A stretch of 64,000 bases of DNA from Candidatus Parcubacteria bacterium (lineage in GTDB: Bacteria > Patescibacteriota > Minisyncoccia > Phycocordibacterales > Phycocordibacteraceae): NCBI GenBank assembly GCA_034666125.1, contig JAXDML010000010.1, forward strand, positions 52,260 through 116,259, read 5' to 3'. The notes below the pieces were generated by a model. The model searched no databases, was not told the origin of the DNA, and saw nothing but the letters and a program-made list of their open reading frames with translations. Numbering within the stretch: position 1 is the first letter of the stretch; the number at the start of each line of letters is the position of its first letter. This document shows positions 16,801 through 21,426 of the stretch, in pieces. The position numbers were made by a program, and so were the translations under genes.

Positions 16801-18953
16801 GCAGCTCGGCTACGGCATTCACTGTCGGTCCAAGCGGCGCGACGAATCCCGTGCTTACCTTAAACGCTTCCACGGGAAGCGGCGTGACCGGTATATCGAT
16901 AACCAACGGGACTACGGGTGGCACTACCGCTATCGTAGCGACCGATTCAGGCTCCAACTCGTCCCTAAGCATTAACCCGAAGGGAACCGGCACCCTTAAT
17001 TTGGGCACGACAAATACGGGTAACGTTGCTATAGGAAACAACTCAGCAGGGTCCAATATAAATGGATCCTCCGTCGCACTACGTGTAGCCGGCTCTGATC
17101 GTATAAGTCATATAGGATCTGCGGTCGCCTTTACAGTCACAACAGCCGCTACGGCGTCATCCATCCGCTATTCCTTTGCCGGTGCTGCAGATACGAACCT
17201 CACTGCCTCAACCGAAGCTCCAAGCACCTACTTCAATCTCGGCCAGACCCGTCAGCACGCGACTGGCGCGTTGACGCTTCAGCGCGACTTCCGCATCACG
17301 CCTTCCACGCACTCCTTCGCCGGCGCCTCGGCGCTGACGACCGCCGCTACTTTCGCCCTCGATTCCGGCCCCATCGGCAGCACGAACGCGACCATCAGCA
17401 CGTCGACCGCGCTCCTCATCGGCGGTGTTGGCAGCACCGCGCTTGCCAATACGACCAACGGCTACGGCCTCATGGTCTTCGCGCCGACCGGCGCCACCAA
17501 TAACTACGGCGCGTCGTTCGTGACCGGCAACGTCGGCGTTGGTACGACCTCGCCGTGGAGCAAGTTCTCGGTTACGGGTACCGGCGCCTGGGACGGTCTC
17601 GCGGGAACCGGCGATACGCTTCCGCTCTGTATCAATAACACTACGAAGGAGATCGTCGCGAAGGCGACTGGCGCGTGTACGACCGGCTCGGACGCCCGGC
17701 TGAAGGAGAACATCGTACCGCTGCGGGATTCGTACGGCCTTTCCTCGATCGATGCGCTCCGTCCGGTGGAGTTCGACTACAAGGACCCTTCGTTCGGTAC
17801 AGGTCACCAGGAAGGCCTCATCGCCCAGGAGGTCTTGAGCATCTTCCCGAATCTCGTGAGTACGTCGACGCCGACCAGATTCACGCCCGATGTGACCTAT
17901 ACCCTCAACTACCAGGGGCTCGTGATCCCGATGGTAAAAGCGATCCAGGAGCTGTCCGGACGTACCAGCGCGCTCTCGCTCGCCACGTCGACGCTGTCAG
18001 TGCGCCTTGGCGTGGTCGAAGCCGGCCTGGCTGACGCAAACGGAACCACGGTCGGACCTATAACAGCGACTACGCTGAGCGCAGATTCGGCCAACGTGCG
18101 CGGTACCGTACATGCCGCGCGCGTAACGGCTGACGCATTCATGAGCGCGCCGCGCTACTTCGCTCCGGATACGGAAGAATCGTTCGCGGTCGGCTCGACG
18201 ACCCAGATCGTGCACGCGCCGGCCGAAGCGCTCACGTCCTCCGGCGTCGATATCTATAAGCTCGCGACGTACAGCATCGCCCGTATCCAGTCGCTCGAAG
18301 GCCGTATGAGCGAGTTCGCCTCGCGCCTCGATCTTATCGATGCGCGTCTTGCCGCACTTGAGAGCCAGGCAGGCACTGGTCTCGGCGGGCTCTTCGCCGG
18401 CGCATTCGAAAACGTGGACGCGATCGTCGAGAACGGCATCGCGTACTTCAGGAACATCAAGATCGGCTCGCTCCTGGTCGCGAAGAACGACAACGGCACC
18501 TCCGCAGCCGGAGTAGGCACCATCCTGGAAGGGAATACCGTGGTCGAGATCGCGAACCCCCTCGCGCGTCCTTCAAGCAAGATATTCATCACCCTTACGT
18601 CGCCGCTCGAAGGCTCGTGGTACCTCTCCGACAAGGGAGACGGCAGCTTCCGCGTCAGACTTTCGCAAGCGCAGTCGTCGGACGTGACGTTCGACTATTT
18701 CATCGTCCAGACGGAAGGGAACGACCAGACGCCGCAACCGCCGCAGGAAGGGGACGAGCCTCCGCCACCTGACCCAGAGCCGAACCCAGAGCCGAACCCA
18801 GAGCCAGAGCCGACTCCGACACCAACCCCCGAGCCGGAACCAGAACCAACGCCCGATCCTGAGCCGGCTCCGAACCCAGAGCCGGAGCCGGAGCCGGAGC
18901 CCGAACCGACCCCGGAACCTGAACCTGCTCCGGAACCACCTCCCGCGCCCTAA
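1839..18953 (+). CDS. Giant (5704 aa) membrane-anchored surface fibre/adhesin: N-terminal HTH_17-like domain, single TM helix, Ala-rich stalk, poly-Gly, about 8 kb of tail-fibre-like tandem repeats, LVIVD beta-propeller, Peptidase_S74 intramolecular-chaperone autoprocessing domain, (EP)n tail
   Basis: Single uninterrupted ORF in the supplied six-frame track with strong GC3 codon bias. N-term 'LISTKEASIISGYNPDYLARLCRAGVIAGKRIGRTWCLERTSLDTFI' (HTH). TM 'GFAFALALWVVALSGYASV'. Repeated 'NVGIGTTTPxxxLSV', 'GGTG', 'LAEGSNLYYTDGRVN' motifs. Seven 'YAY...hhDVSNP' LVIVD repeats. 'TGSDARLKENIVPL' S74 motif. C-terminal PEPEPTP run. Confidence 0.85.
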   Translation: MSSLLTNDLISTKEASIISGYNPDYLARLCRAGVIAGKRIGRTWCLERTSLDTFIRTQQAHKQEIAHTLSETRSREYREAHQEPVTPGVPSAEKAAPAAYVPLVPARRSVPIHLRPGFAFALALWVVALSGYASVSDAFIGTARDAGRLAYDLAVVRAITYDGPAVFLASRDEPAPNVPDLHIPDQDVLVAEAAQVAASDVTLPDMATRHNESRSAATLAGSVGASRIAAVSAFFRTPGASFAMLRDTGVGAYVRMGASIERFAHDTLVQYATTVESAGADSLELASAARDMAAFAPARAEAIRIAYERGIYAWVERTPDVARGITERTLALGDALGGGATLAPNVVGNASRDVAIAVAAGIATPTRGPVDSTTPTGIAAASDAHLAAGVAAAPAALVRSLEQSVFSAVRAAHIALTGGVRLLAGLFDDLSVALTSAPERIVTILTPAASGPGAYTATTTNTTYVDRFIGDTTVVRNYYPQTFLGGVSREEIDARFTAFDSLMRRNIESALRRRGGGGGGGGGGGSISLNDPTFTGTLTTDDAVVNNNLSVGNDTTIGGNLDVGGDANVTGTLTVGSFSVSNLSANNTVVAPRFIGTSTSEASVFPNIIATTSVTDNATSTNLYATNFGIGNSYFTSLLGNGLVNTGGMLSVSTSSLASGFFQNGGNAFGVPAVLGTTDNQPLSLITNNTTAATILGNGNVGIGTTSPFTKLSVGGDAYVGGNVTATGTATVQGLSIGSLSGFLKATAGTVATSLVSLASDITGTLPVGNGGTGSTSLTGLLVGNGASPVQTASVTAPLVLTGTTLSINQANASQDGYLSSTDWNTFNNKIASTSLSGGTGISYNPATGVITNTGVTSTTGDWTGTFDGQEGSYYLANSFSTTSAAYFLSQNGGSAFSTTSANYWLSTKSTSDLAEGSNLYYTDGRVNTFINGSSTIPKTYTNNVFTGGNTFTNASSTDLYVANTFRGAGLTACNTSASKLLYDAVTGQFNCGADAGAGGGITAIGAQYSPYQTGSTQTFATTSDTNIGLVITSAGDTHTFTPTFTGTLAVPRGGTGSSTLSGILLGNGAGPVQTLGIGPGLALAGGTLSVSTTSFSGPGSNFNADLLDGQDGTYYLDRANHTGTQTASTISDFNAAVNTYIHGSTTIPKTYTANTFTATQTFGNLVATNATTTSLGLNSETFTDLTGSGLLNVGGTLTLDRTGDWTGTLDGQEGAYYLARANHTGTQLASTISDFSTTARGLFAATYPIQYDSGTGLFNLAFGTTTSNTWAGTQTFNNLVATNATTTSFGINGETFTDLTGSGLSNVGGVLTVSTSSLANLNADLLDGLDSTYFLANSFSTTSANHWLTTKSTTNLAEGSNLYYTDARVNSYIHGSTTIPKTYTNNTFTGTQTFNNLVATNATTTSLAVGTDYITDLTGSGLTITGNALTLDRTGDWTGTFDGQEGTYYLNRANHSGTQLASTISDFSEATDDRVAVLIQNGTGISWSYNDGANTFTPTVTLAPFTTTNLAEGSNLYYTDGRVASYINASTTILNDSTEAGLETFLTDVANVFTNNDGALSDDDLSNNSIEDLSDVAAMTENYGDLLGWNGTTWTDFATSSLGLITSAVQNIGPAGQTADGPTVTFATTTSTTNGITSALTVTGSGDTLTFTPSQSGTLTVPGGGTGASSFTAGNLIYGAGTGALQSVATSSVSSGTGISFTGTPGALVGGTPLTISNTGVLSFNGRTGAVTPQSGDYTTTIVAEGTNLYYTDARVNSYIHGSTTIPKTYTANTFTALNTFSAGASTTQLTATGNAYLATAGGNVSVGGTTASEKLTVTGNILSSNLAGVGNRCVYADLNGVLRVAADNCGLAGAGGDDLGNHIATQNIQLNNNWLSNDGGSEGVSIDNSGNVTMSGDASAASFTRGGDTITDFTGTGLTVISGALTVSTSSLANLNADLLDSLDSTYFLANSFSTTSANYWLTTKDTDDLAEGSTNLYYTDGRVNTFIAGSTTIPKTYTNNTFGGTQTFNNLLATNATTTSFGINSETFTDLTGSGLLNVGGTLTLDRTGNWTGTFDGQEGTYYLARANHTGTQLASTISDFNDAVANYVNASSTILNDSTEAGLEAFLTDVTNVFTNNDGALNDDDLTNNSIEDLSDVATMTENYGDLLYWNGTAWADIATSSLGLPTASITNIGPTGQMADGPNVTLATSTSAFNGLTSSLTITGSGDTLTFVPALSGTLNNAGLTNSTVSYGGVTLSLGGSDATPAFDLTDATNLPIVGGTTGTLTVPRGGTGQVSFTASNLIYGAGTGALQSVATTTVSATGPLSFTANPVVIGASPITLSLGTVDISSNTNLAATYPIVLTGDTLSLAFGTTTSNTWAGTQTFNNLVATNATTTSLGLNGETFTDLTGSGLLNVGGTLTLDRTGDWTGTFDGQEGSYYLNRANHTGTQAASTISDFSEATDDRVAVLIQNGTGISWSYNDGANTFTPTVTLAPFTTTNLAEGTNLYYTDARVNSFVHSSTTIPKTYTANTFTGAQTFNGGLTLGTLNGPLQANNGIVSATTSIGVLYGGTGLTIAPTYGQLLVGNSSGGYTLTSTSSLGLITQAVQNIGPAGQMADGPNVTFATSTASFNGLTQGITITGSGDTITFTPSLSGTLGVGGGGTGAASFAYGLVLSPGGTGALTNIATSSLGLLTTNVAEGSNLYFTDERVDDRVAVLIQNGTGISWSYNDGANAFTPTVTLAPFTTTNLAEGSNLYYTDARVASYINASTTILNDSTEAGLEAFLTDVTNVFTNNDGTLADDDLTNNSIEDLSDVAAMTENYGDLLYWNGSAWADIATSSLGLLSTAVTNIGPAGQMADGPTVTFATTTSTTNGITSALTITGSGDTLTFTPSQSGTLTVPGGGTGATSFTAGNLVYGTGTGALQSVATTTLSGNSQIALSQPVVVIGASPSVLSITADSIGDAQLAFNTGQNLTTASSPTFASLTLTNPLAVTSGGTGWAAIQAGAIPYGNGTGALATTTAGTNGNILALLNGIPTWTSTSTFLLETEVDTEAELETLLTDVTNVFTNNDGALADDDLTNNSIEDLSDVAAMTENYGDLLYWNGTAWADIATSSLGLVTSALTSIGPAGQQQTGPAITLASSTAGTDFTITAAGNTVTFNLPTASATNRGLLSSADWSTFNGKENVLSFTYPLVRTVNNISLAFGTTTSNTWAGTQTFNNLVATNATTTSFAIGSDYITDLTGSGLTVTGNALTLDRTGDWTGTFDGQEGTYYLARANHTGTQLASTISDFSEATDDRVAVLIQNGTGISWSYNDGANTFTPTVTLAPFTTTNLAEGTNLYYTDARVNSYIAASTTIPKTYTSNTFTGLQTLNGGLTLGTLNGPLQANVGVVSATTSIGVLYGGTGLTIAPTYGQLLVGNASGGYTLTATSSLGLASAATAFIQNGNSFGATAVLGTNDANDLQFETSGTTKLTILQNGNVGIGTTTPSNLLHVFSSSASPRIRAETSLTSGSSGFTAAGESTTGFASFSWNNSGAANSTFLTLPNAGLVRAGSGASGGLVLVNENTSAPIIFATGGSSFSNERLRIDSAGNVGIGTTTPFTMLSVNGNIAGNHLVPNGAYTDNLSPYDLGAIGSRWNALWAGTLNIGTSTWSINNGSDGRLSVFDAASGGGTERFSILTNGNVGIGSTTPFAKLSLAGGNFWQTAGDPVIASSTDTTAAVNGVYVAGRYAYLTPNSASPGLVIMDVSNPRSPAQVGSANTTGNAKRVVVSGRYAYVLSARLHIFDVTNPASPSAVGNYNPGVNIPNDIWVSGKYAYLARSNFSTGAGSLAIVDLSNPALPIAVSSINSPDSTRPFNSIYVSGRYAYVGTTEVSGTTGRLYIYDISNPTAPSLVGTFNATNRVTGVYVSGRYAYLSGLGTTSGLEIVDVSNPASPALAGSFNTANDAMRVQVSGNYAYIAEAGTTDGIVVVDVSQPGSPVQVGSYTTANSANNLYVSGKYIYVATNGTTGGFQVLDAGGAQLPLASIGNINTNLLTVDENANFGGEIYAQGGINAGISGIFSRGTISAYVASSTQTNPTVANFMGGSVGIGTTTPYAALSVVGINTAVPTLSIKPAASQTANILDLYTFGSLTSVIDAAGNWGISTTSPWKTLSVGGDFSLTGAFFDSGASSGTNGMVLQTTGSGTQWVATSSLGISAGLTGSGCCGQVAYWNGASSLTGDAAFTFDGTNLSLGTGQYLVTDSEGAPGYSWTGDTTTGIYHAGASTIGFSTGGIERMRIDGNGYLGISTTSPGQMLSVEGDAYISGATVIGDTGLPLVGPALTVNGFTGIASSSPWGLLSVNPNAIGTAPSFVVGSSSATNFIVANGGSVGIGMTAPSSRFQVADINRLSGTSVSSAGFGNTNLSVYTTDAAATNVGAVIGLGGANLYGGLKGASQSGTSAGYLGFYTNSFSIITGNTFAERARITSSGQLGIGTTTPFGLLAVAGPIAGNHIIPNGPYTDNLSAYDLGATGSRWNALWAGTVNIGTSTWSINNGSDGRLSFFDAASGGGNERLSLLTNGNVGIGTTSPAARLAITSNAAITSDSIDTYLANTVNAGTVSGTDRLITGNYTTLSPTVTLEGATLSAIANKTLVNAGNVTLGSTALSGVSGSLIGDSIEVTGSPIFNDPDGNDELNATFIGTQSYVNLVPSVTSVSGGNLASYGGLFTNSSSNSSGNLGAGAYGVSALVGGNPLVNGYRYGFYSTVSGTSNENTGYWGAVSGGTGSNYGSTLIVSGGAVSNYGNYVGISGGNNNYGSYISLQASSTNYAIYATGGAQSYFSGNVGIGTTTPWATLAVNPVAGGASNAFAIGSSTATRFLVTNGGNVGIGTTTPGTLLSLGDTGANTINISATATSTFGSGINIRTGCFAVNGVCVGGGGGGTINSGTTGQFPYYAANGTTLTATSTLLVSTASNVGIGTTTPSARLAITGTGTGTGRAFAIANSSDAERLSVLDNGSTAIISSSATAFTVGPSGATNPVLTLNASTGSGVTGISITNGTTGGTTAIVATDSGSNSSLSINPKGTGTLNLGTTNTGNVAIGNNSAGSNINGSSVALRVAGSDRISHIGSAVAFTVTTAATASSIRYSFAGAADTNLTASTEAPSTYFNLGQTRQHATGALTLQRDFRITPSTHSFAGASALTTAATFALDSGPIGSTNATISTSTALLIGGVGSTALANTTNGYGLMVFAPTGATNNYGASFVTGNVGVGTTSPWSKFSVTGTGAWDGLAGTGDTLPLCINNTTKEIVAKATGACTTGSDARLKENIVPLRDSYGLSSIDALRPVEFDYKDPSFGTGHQEGLIAQEVLSIFPNLVSTSTPTRFTPDVTYTLNYQGLVIPMVKAIQELSGRTSALSLATSTLSVRLGVVEAGLADANGTTVGPITATTLSADSANVRGTVHAARVTADAFMSAPRYFAPDTEESFAVGSTTQIVHAPAEALTSSGVDIYKLATYSIARIQSLEGRMSEFASRLDLIDARLAALESQAGTGLGGLFAGAFENVDAIVENGIAYFRNIKIGSLLVAKNDNGTSAAGVGTILEGNTVVEIANPLARPSSKIFITLTSPLEGSWYLSDKGDGSFRVRLSQAQSSDVTFDYFIVQTEGNDQTPQPPQEGDEPPPPDPEPNPEPNPEPEPTPTPTPEPEPEPTPDPEPAPNPEPEPEPEPEPTPEPEPAPEPPPAP
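3376..3411 (+). repeat. (GGN)11-12 codon run encoding poly-Gly inside the giant gene; slippage-prone
   Basis: ggcggaggagggggcggcggaggcggaggcggc read directly. Confidence 0.7.
4400..12100 (+). repeat. Zone of nested tandem coding repeats inside the giant gene (at least three families, 170-230 bp each, about 4-5 diverged copies per family)
   Basis: Family A (LNDSTEAGLEAFLTDVTNVFTNNDGAL..DDDL.NNSIEDLSDVAAMTENYGDLLYWNG..W.D.ATSSLGL) at about 6439-6655, 8141-8345, 10115-10325, 10957-11150. Family B (ETFTDLTGSGLLNVGGTLTLDRTGDWTGTFDGQEGSYYLARANHTGTQLASTISDF) at about 5380-5550, 6085-6250, 7920-8095, 8995-9170, 11510-11670. Family C (SEATDDRVAVLIQNGTGISWSYNDGANTFTPTVTLAPFTTTNLAEG.NLYYTD.RV) at about 6240-6420, 9165-9340, 9910-10085, 11655-11840. 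Confidence 0.8.
12610..12850 (+). repeat. Copy 1 of a duplicated 240-bp coding segment (IAGNHLVPNGAYTDNLSPYDLGAIGSRWNALWAGTLNIGTSTWSINNGSDGRLS...)
   Basis: Near-identical peptide recurs at 15245-15490. Confidence 0.7.
12955..13860 (+). other. LVIVD-repeat beta-propeller domain of the giant protein (7 blades)
   Basis: Repeats 'GRYAYLTP..GLVIMDVSNP', 'GRYAYVLS..LHIFDVTNP', 'GKYAYLAR..LAIVDLSNP', 'GRYAYVGT..LYIYDISNP', 'GRYAYLSG..LEIVDVSNP', 'GNYAYIAE..IVVVDVSQP', 'GKYIYVAT..FQVLDAGG'. Confidence 0.75.
15245..15490 (+). repeat. Copy 2 of the duplicated 240-bp coding segment (IAGNHIIPNGPYTDNLSAYDLGATGSRWNALWAGTVNIGTSTWSINNGSDGRLS...)
   Basis: See the copy at 12610-12850. Confidence 0.7.
17640..18010 (+). 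other. Peptidase_S74 / intramolecular chaperone autoprocessing domain (tail-spike and endosialidase C-terminal type)
   Basis: 'CTTGSDARLKENIVPLRDSYGLSSIDALRPVEFDYKD...GHQEGLIAQEVLSIFPNLV' contains the S-D-x-R-x-K-x-N-I hallmark. The predicted cleavage Ser is near codon 5284. Confidence 0.7.
18769..18950 (+). repeat. Low-complexity gagccN/gaaccN repeat encoding the (E/D/N/T-P)n tail PEPNPEPNPEPEPTPTPTPEPEPEP...
   Basis: Read directly. Confidence 0.8.
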
Positions 18954-19017
18954 CGCGTACCATAGATAGACCGGTGCCGTGCTACACTTTGCCCATATTC
19001 CTAGCCATTTTTAACGT

Positions 19018-20037
19018 ATGATCCGTGTCGCAATCAACGGTTTCGGGCGCATCGGACGCGCCTTCGTGCGCGAGGCGTGGAGTGATCCAGACATCACGCT
19101 CGTTGCCGTGAACGATCTCGGCTCGATCGAGAACCTCGCGTATCTCCTCAAATACGACACGGTGTACGGCCGCGCACCTTTCCCGGTGTCGGTTGCCGGC
19201 GGTTCGCTGGTCATCGACAACGAGCCAGTGAAGTTCCTGTCCGAGAAGGACCCTGCGGCGCTCCCGTGGAAGGAACTCAATATCGACGTGGTCGTGGAGT
19301 CGACCGGGTTCTTCGCCGAATACGAGAAGGCTAAAGCGCATATCGACGCTGGTGCGCGTCGCGTCGTCATCACCGCGCCTGTAAAGGACGAGTCACCGCT
19401 CGGCGCGACCGTTCTCATGGGACTCGACGAGGAGGGGGAGTCGGAGAAGTTCAAGACCTGCCCGATAACGAGCAACGCCTCCTGCACGACCAACTCCGCG
19501 AGCCCGGTCATCGCGATCATGGATGAGGCGATCGGCATCGAGAAGGCCATCCTCTCGACGACCCACGCGTATACCGCAAGCCAGTCGATCGTCGACGGAC
19601 CGTCGAAGAAGGACATGCGCGAGGGAAGGGCGGCAGCGCAGAACATCGTCCCGACCTCGACCGGCGCCGCCATCGCCGTTACGAAGGCGTATCCGTCCCT
19701 GGCCGGGAAGTTCGACGGCATCTCGCTGCGCGTTCCCGTTCCCGCAGGTTCCATGGCGGACATCACGTTCCTCGCGAAGCGTGATACGACCGCGGAAGAG
19801 GTGAACGATATCCTGCGGAAGGCAGCCTCGGACCCTCGGTGGAAAGGCATCTTCAGCGCGACCGACGAGGAGCTCGTCTCAAGCGACATCGTGGGACAGC
19901 GCTTCGCGTCGATCGCTGACCTCTCCATGACGCGCGTCGTGGACGGGAACCTGGTGAAGGTGCTCGCCTGGTATGACAACGAGGCGGGATATACCCACAC
20001 GCTCGTCGAGCACGTGCGGAAAGCGGGGAAAGCCTAG
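19018..20037 (+). CDS. gap: Glyceraldehyde-3-phosphate dehydrogenase
   Basis: 'MIRVAINGFGRIGRAFVREA...SNASCTTNSASPV' (catalytic Cys motif); full-length 339 aa. Confidence 0.95.
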   Translation: MIRVAINGFGRIGRAFVREAWSDPDITLVAVNDLGSIENLAYLLKYDTVYGRAPFPVSVAGGSLVIDNEPVKFLSEKDPAALPWKELNIDVVVESTGFFAEYEKAKAHIDAGARRVVITAPVKDESPLGATVLMGLDEEGESEKFKTCPITSNASCTTNSASPVIAIMDEAIGIEKAILSTTHAYTASQSIVDGPSKKDMREGRAAAQNIVPTSTGAAIAVTKAYPSLAGKFDGISLRVPVPAGSMADITFLAKRDTTAEEVNDILRKAASDPRWKGIFSATDEELVSSDIVGQRFASIADLSMTRVVDGNLVKVLAWYDNEAGYTHTLVEHVRKAGKA

Positions 20038-20079
20038 CGTTCACTGTTCCTACACGCCGTATCCGCTCTACTCATCCTA

Positions 20080-20589
20080 ATGACTGATCCTGTGACCCAA
20101 CCCAAGCAGATCGTATTCATCGCCGCCGACCATGCGGGCTTCCGCCTCAAGGAGGCGCTCAAGGAGCACCTGGCGATATTGGGGCAGGACGTGCGCGATT
20201 GCGGCGCATTCGAACCCGACCCGGAAGACGATTACCCGGACTTCATGACGCCGCTCGCAAAGTCGGTGGCGGAGACTCCTGGCGCGTACGGCGTCATGTG
20301 CGGCGGCAGCGGGCAGGGGGAGGCCATGTGCGCGAACCGCGTATCCGGCGTCCGCGCCGCCGTCTTCTATGGACCTATCTCCGCGAAGGAGGTACTCGAC
20401 CGCGAAGGCGGGTTCTCTGAGGACGGATACGACGCCGTGCGGCTGTCCCGTCGCCACAACAACGCGAACGTCCTTTCCTTGGGCGCACGATTCGTTTCCA
20501 TACTCGAAGCGACCGAAGCCCTCCGCATCTTCCTTTCCACCGAATACACGGCCGACCCGCGCCACGTGCGGCGGCTGGGGAAGTTCTAA
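20080..20589 (+). CDS. rpiB: Ribose-5-phosphate isomerase B
   Basis: 'IVFIAADHAGFRLKEALKEHL...GVMCGGSGQGEAMCANRVSGVRAA' matches RpiB/LacAB family motifs. Confidence 0.9.
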   Translation: MTDPVTQPKQIVFIAADHAGFRLKEALKEHLAILGQDVRDCGAFEPDPEDDYPDFMTPLAKSVAETPGAYGVMCGGSGQGEAMCANRVSGVRAAVFYGPISAKEVLDREGGFSEDGYDAVRLSRRHNNANVLSLGARFVSILEATEALRIFLSTEYTADPRHVRRLGKF

Positions 20590-20622
20590 ACCTAGGAAGT
20601 GCGTTGCTAGTACACTAAAGAC

Positions 20623-20874
20623 ATGTCGGAGGTTCAATTCACAGAGGAGTCCTTCCATACAAGCACTAAAAAGAAGCCTTCTCGCGGCCTTACCGCGCTC
20701 CTTATCCGTGCCGGCTTTGCGAAAGACGAGCGTCAGGCAGGCATGCTCATGCTCGTGGTAGCGGCTATCTGCATCGTTGCGGCGATAGCCTTCATCGCGC
20801 TCTCCACCGGCGGCCCAGGGCCGCTTTCCCCGGAGGAGCGGCGTCAGCTCGAGGAATCGACGCGCCCTCGCTAG
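20623..20874 (+). CDS. Small single-pass membrane protein, unknown function
   Basis: Hydrophobic segment MLMLVVAAICIVAAIAFIALS. Stop overlaps the start region of the pilin gene (TAG 20872-20874, ATG 20877). Confidence 0.4.
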   Translation: MSEVQFTEESFHTSTKKKPSRGLTALLIRAGFAKDERQAGMLMLVVAAICIVAAIAFIALSTGGPGPLSPEERRQLEESTRPR

Positions 20875-20876
20875 CC

Positions 20877-21374
20877 ATGGTCACGTTGCGCCAGCGCGGC
20901 TTCACCCTCATCGAACTCCTCGTAGTGGTAGCTATCATAGGTCTCCTGTCTTCGATCGTCCTCGCTTCGCTCAATGCGGCCCGGATAAAGGGAAGGAATT
21001 CAGCTGTGCAGCAGGAGATGCGCCAATTCGCGACCCTGCTCGAACTCGAGTTCGACGATACTAAGTCGTACAACGGCCTCAAGTGGACTTGGATGTATAC
21101 GCCTGCGGATTGCACGAACGCCTTCTCATCCGCGAGCCGCTACGTGGCGAACGCGCGAAGCATATGCGCGAACATCGTCTCGAACAGCCGTGCACTCTCG
21201 ATACAATCTCCGCAAAGCAATCCTACCGCCCAGATGGTGACCTATTCGATCATGGTGATGCTCAAGGACTCCGATATCTACTACTGCCGCGGAAGCAACG
21301 GCGCATCTTCATGGAACGTACCCATCTCGGGTCCGACGAACAACCCCGGCTGCTACAACGACCCCACGCTCTAA
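20877..21374 (+). CDS. Type IV pilin / pseudopilin (prepilin-type N-terminal cleavage-methylation domain)
   Basis: 'LRQRGFTLIELLVVVAIIGLLSSIVLASL' class III signal peptide; C-terminal Cys pair (YYC...GCYNDPT). Confidence 0.75.
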   Translation: MVTLRQRGFTLIELLVVVAIIGLLSSIVLASLNAARIKGRNSAVQQEMRQFATLLELEFDDTKSYNGLKWTWMYTPADCTNAFSSASRYVANARSICANIVSNSRALSIQSPQSNPTAQMVTYSIMVMLKDSDIYYCRGSNGASSWNVPISGPTNNPGCYNDPTL

Positions 21375-21426
21375 TACGCACCGCGTCCCGGATGCTTTGA
21401 AGTAAAAGCGCTATACTTCTTATGTT

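Noticed and set aside
2346-18215. Dozens of 60-340-aa ORFs on the minus strand and in alternative plus frames inside the giant gene (e.g. 3789..4805, 8279..9067, 11316..12278, 17208..17807)
   Set aside because: Typical spurious open frames in high-GC DNA. They fully overlap a strongly coding, repeat-structured frame and translate to Arg/Pro/Gly-rich low-complexity sequence.
1839-18953. Prophage or phage tail-fibre gene
   Set aside because: Tail-fibre-like repeats and an S74 domain are present. There are no flanking phage genes (capsid, terminase, integrase, baseplate) and GC matches the host. The protein carries an N-terminal HTH plus TM anchor, and neighbours are gatB and gap. It is a cellular fibre protein of phage-like ancestry, not a prophage.
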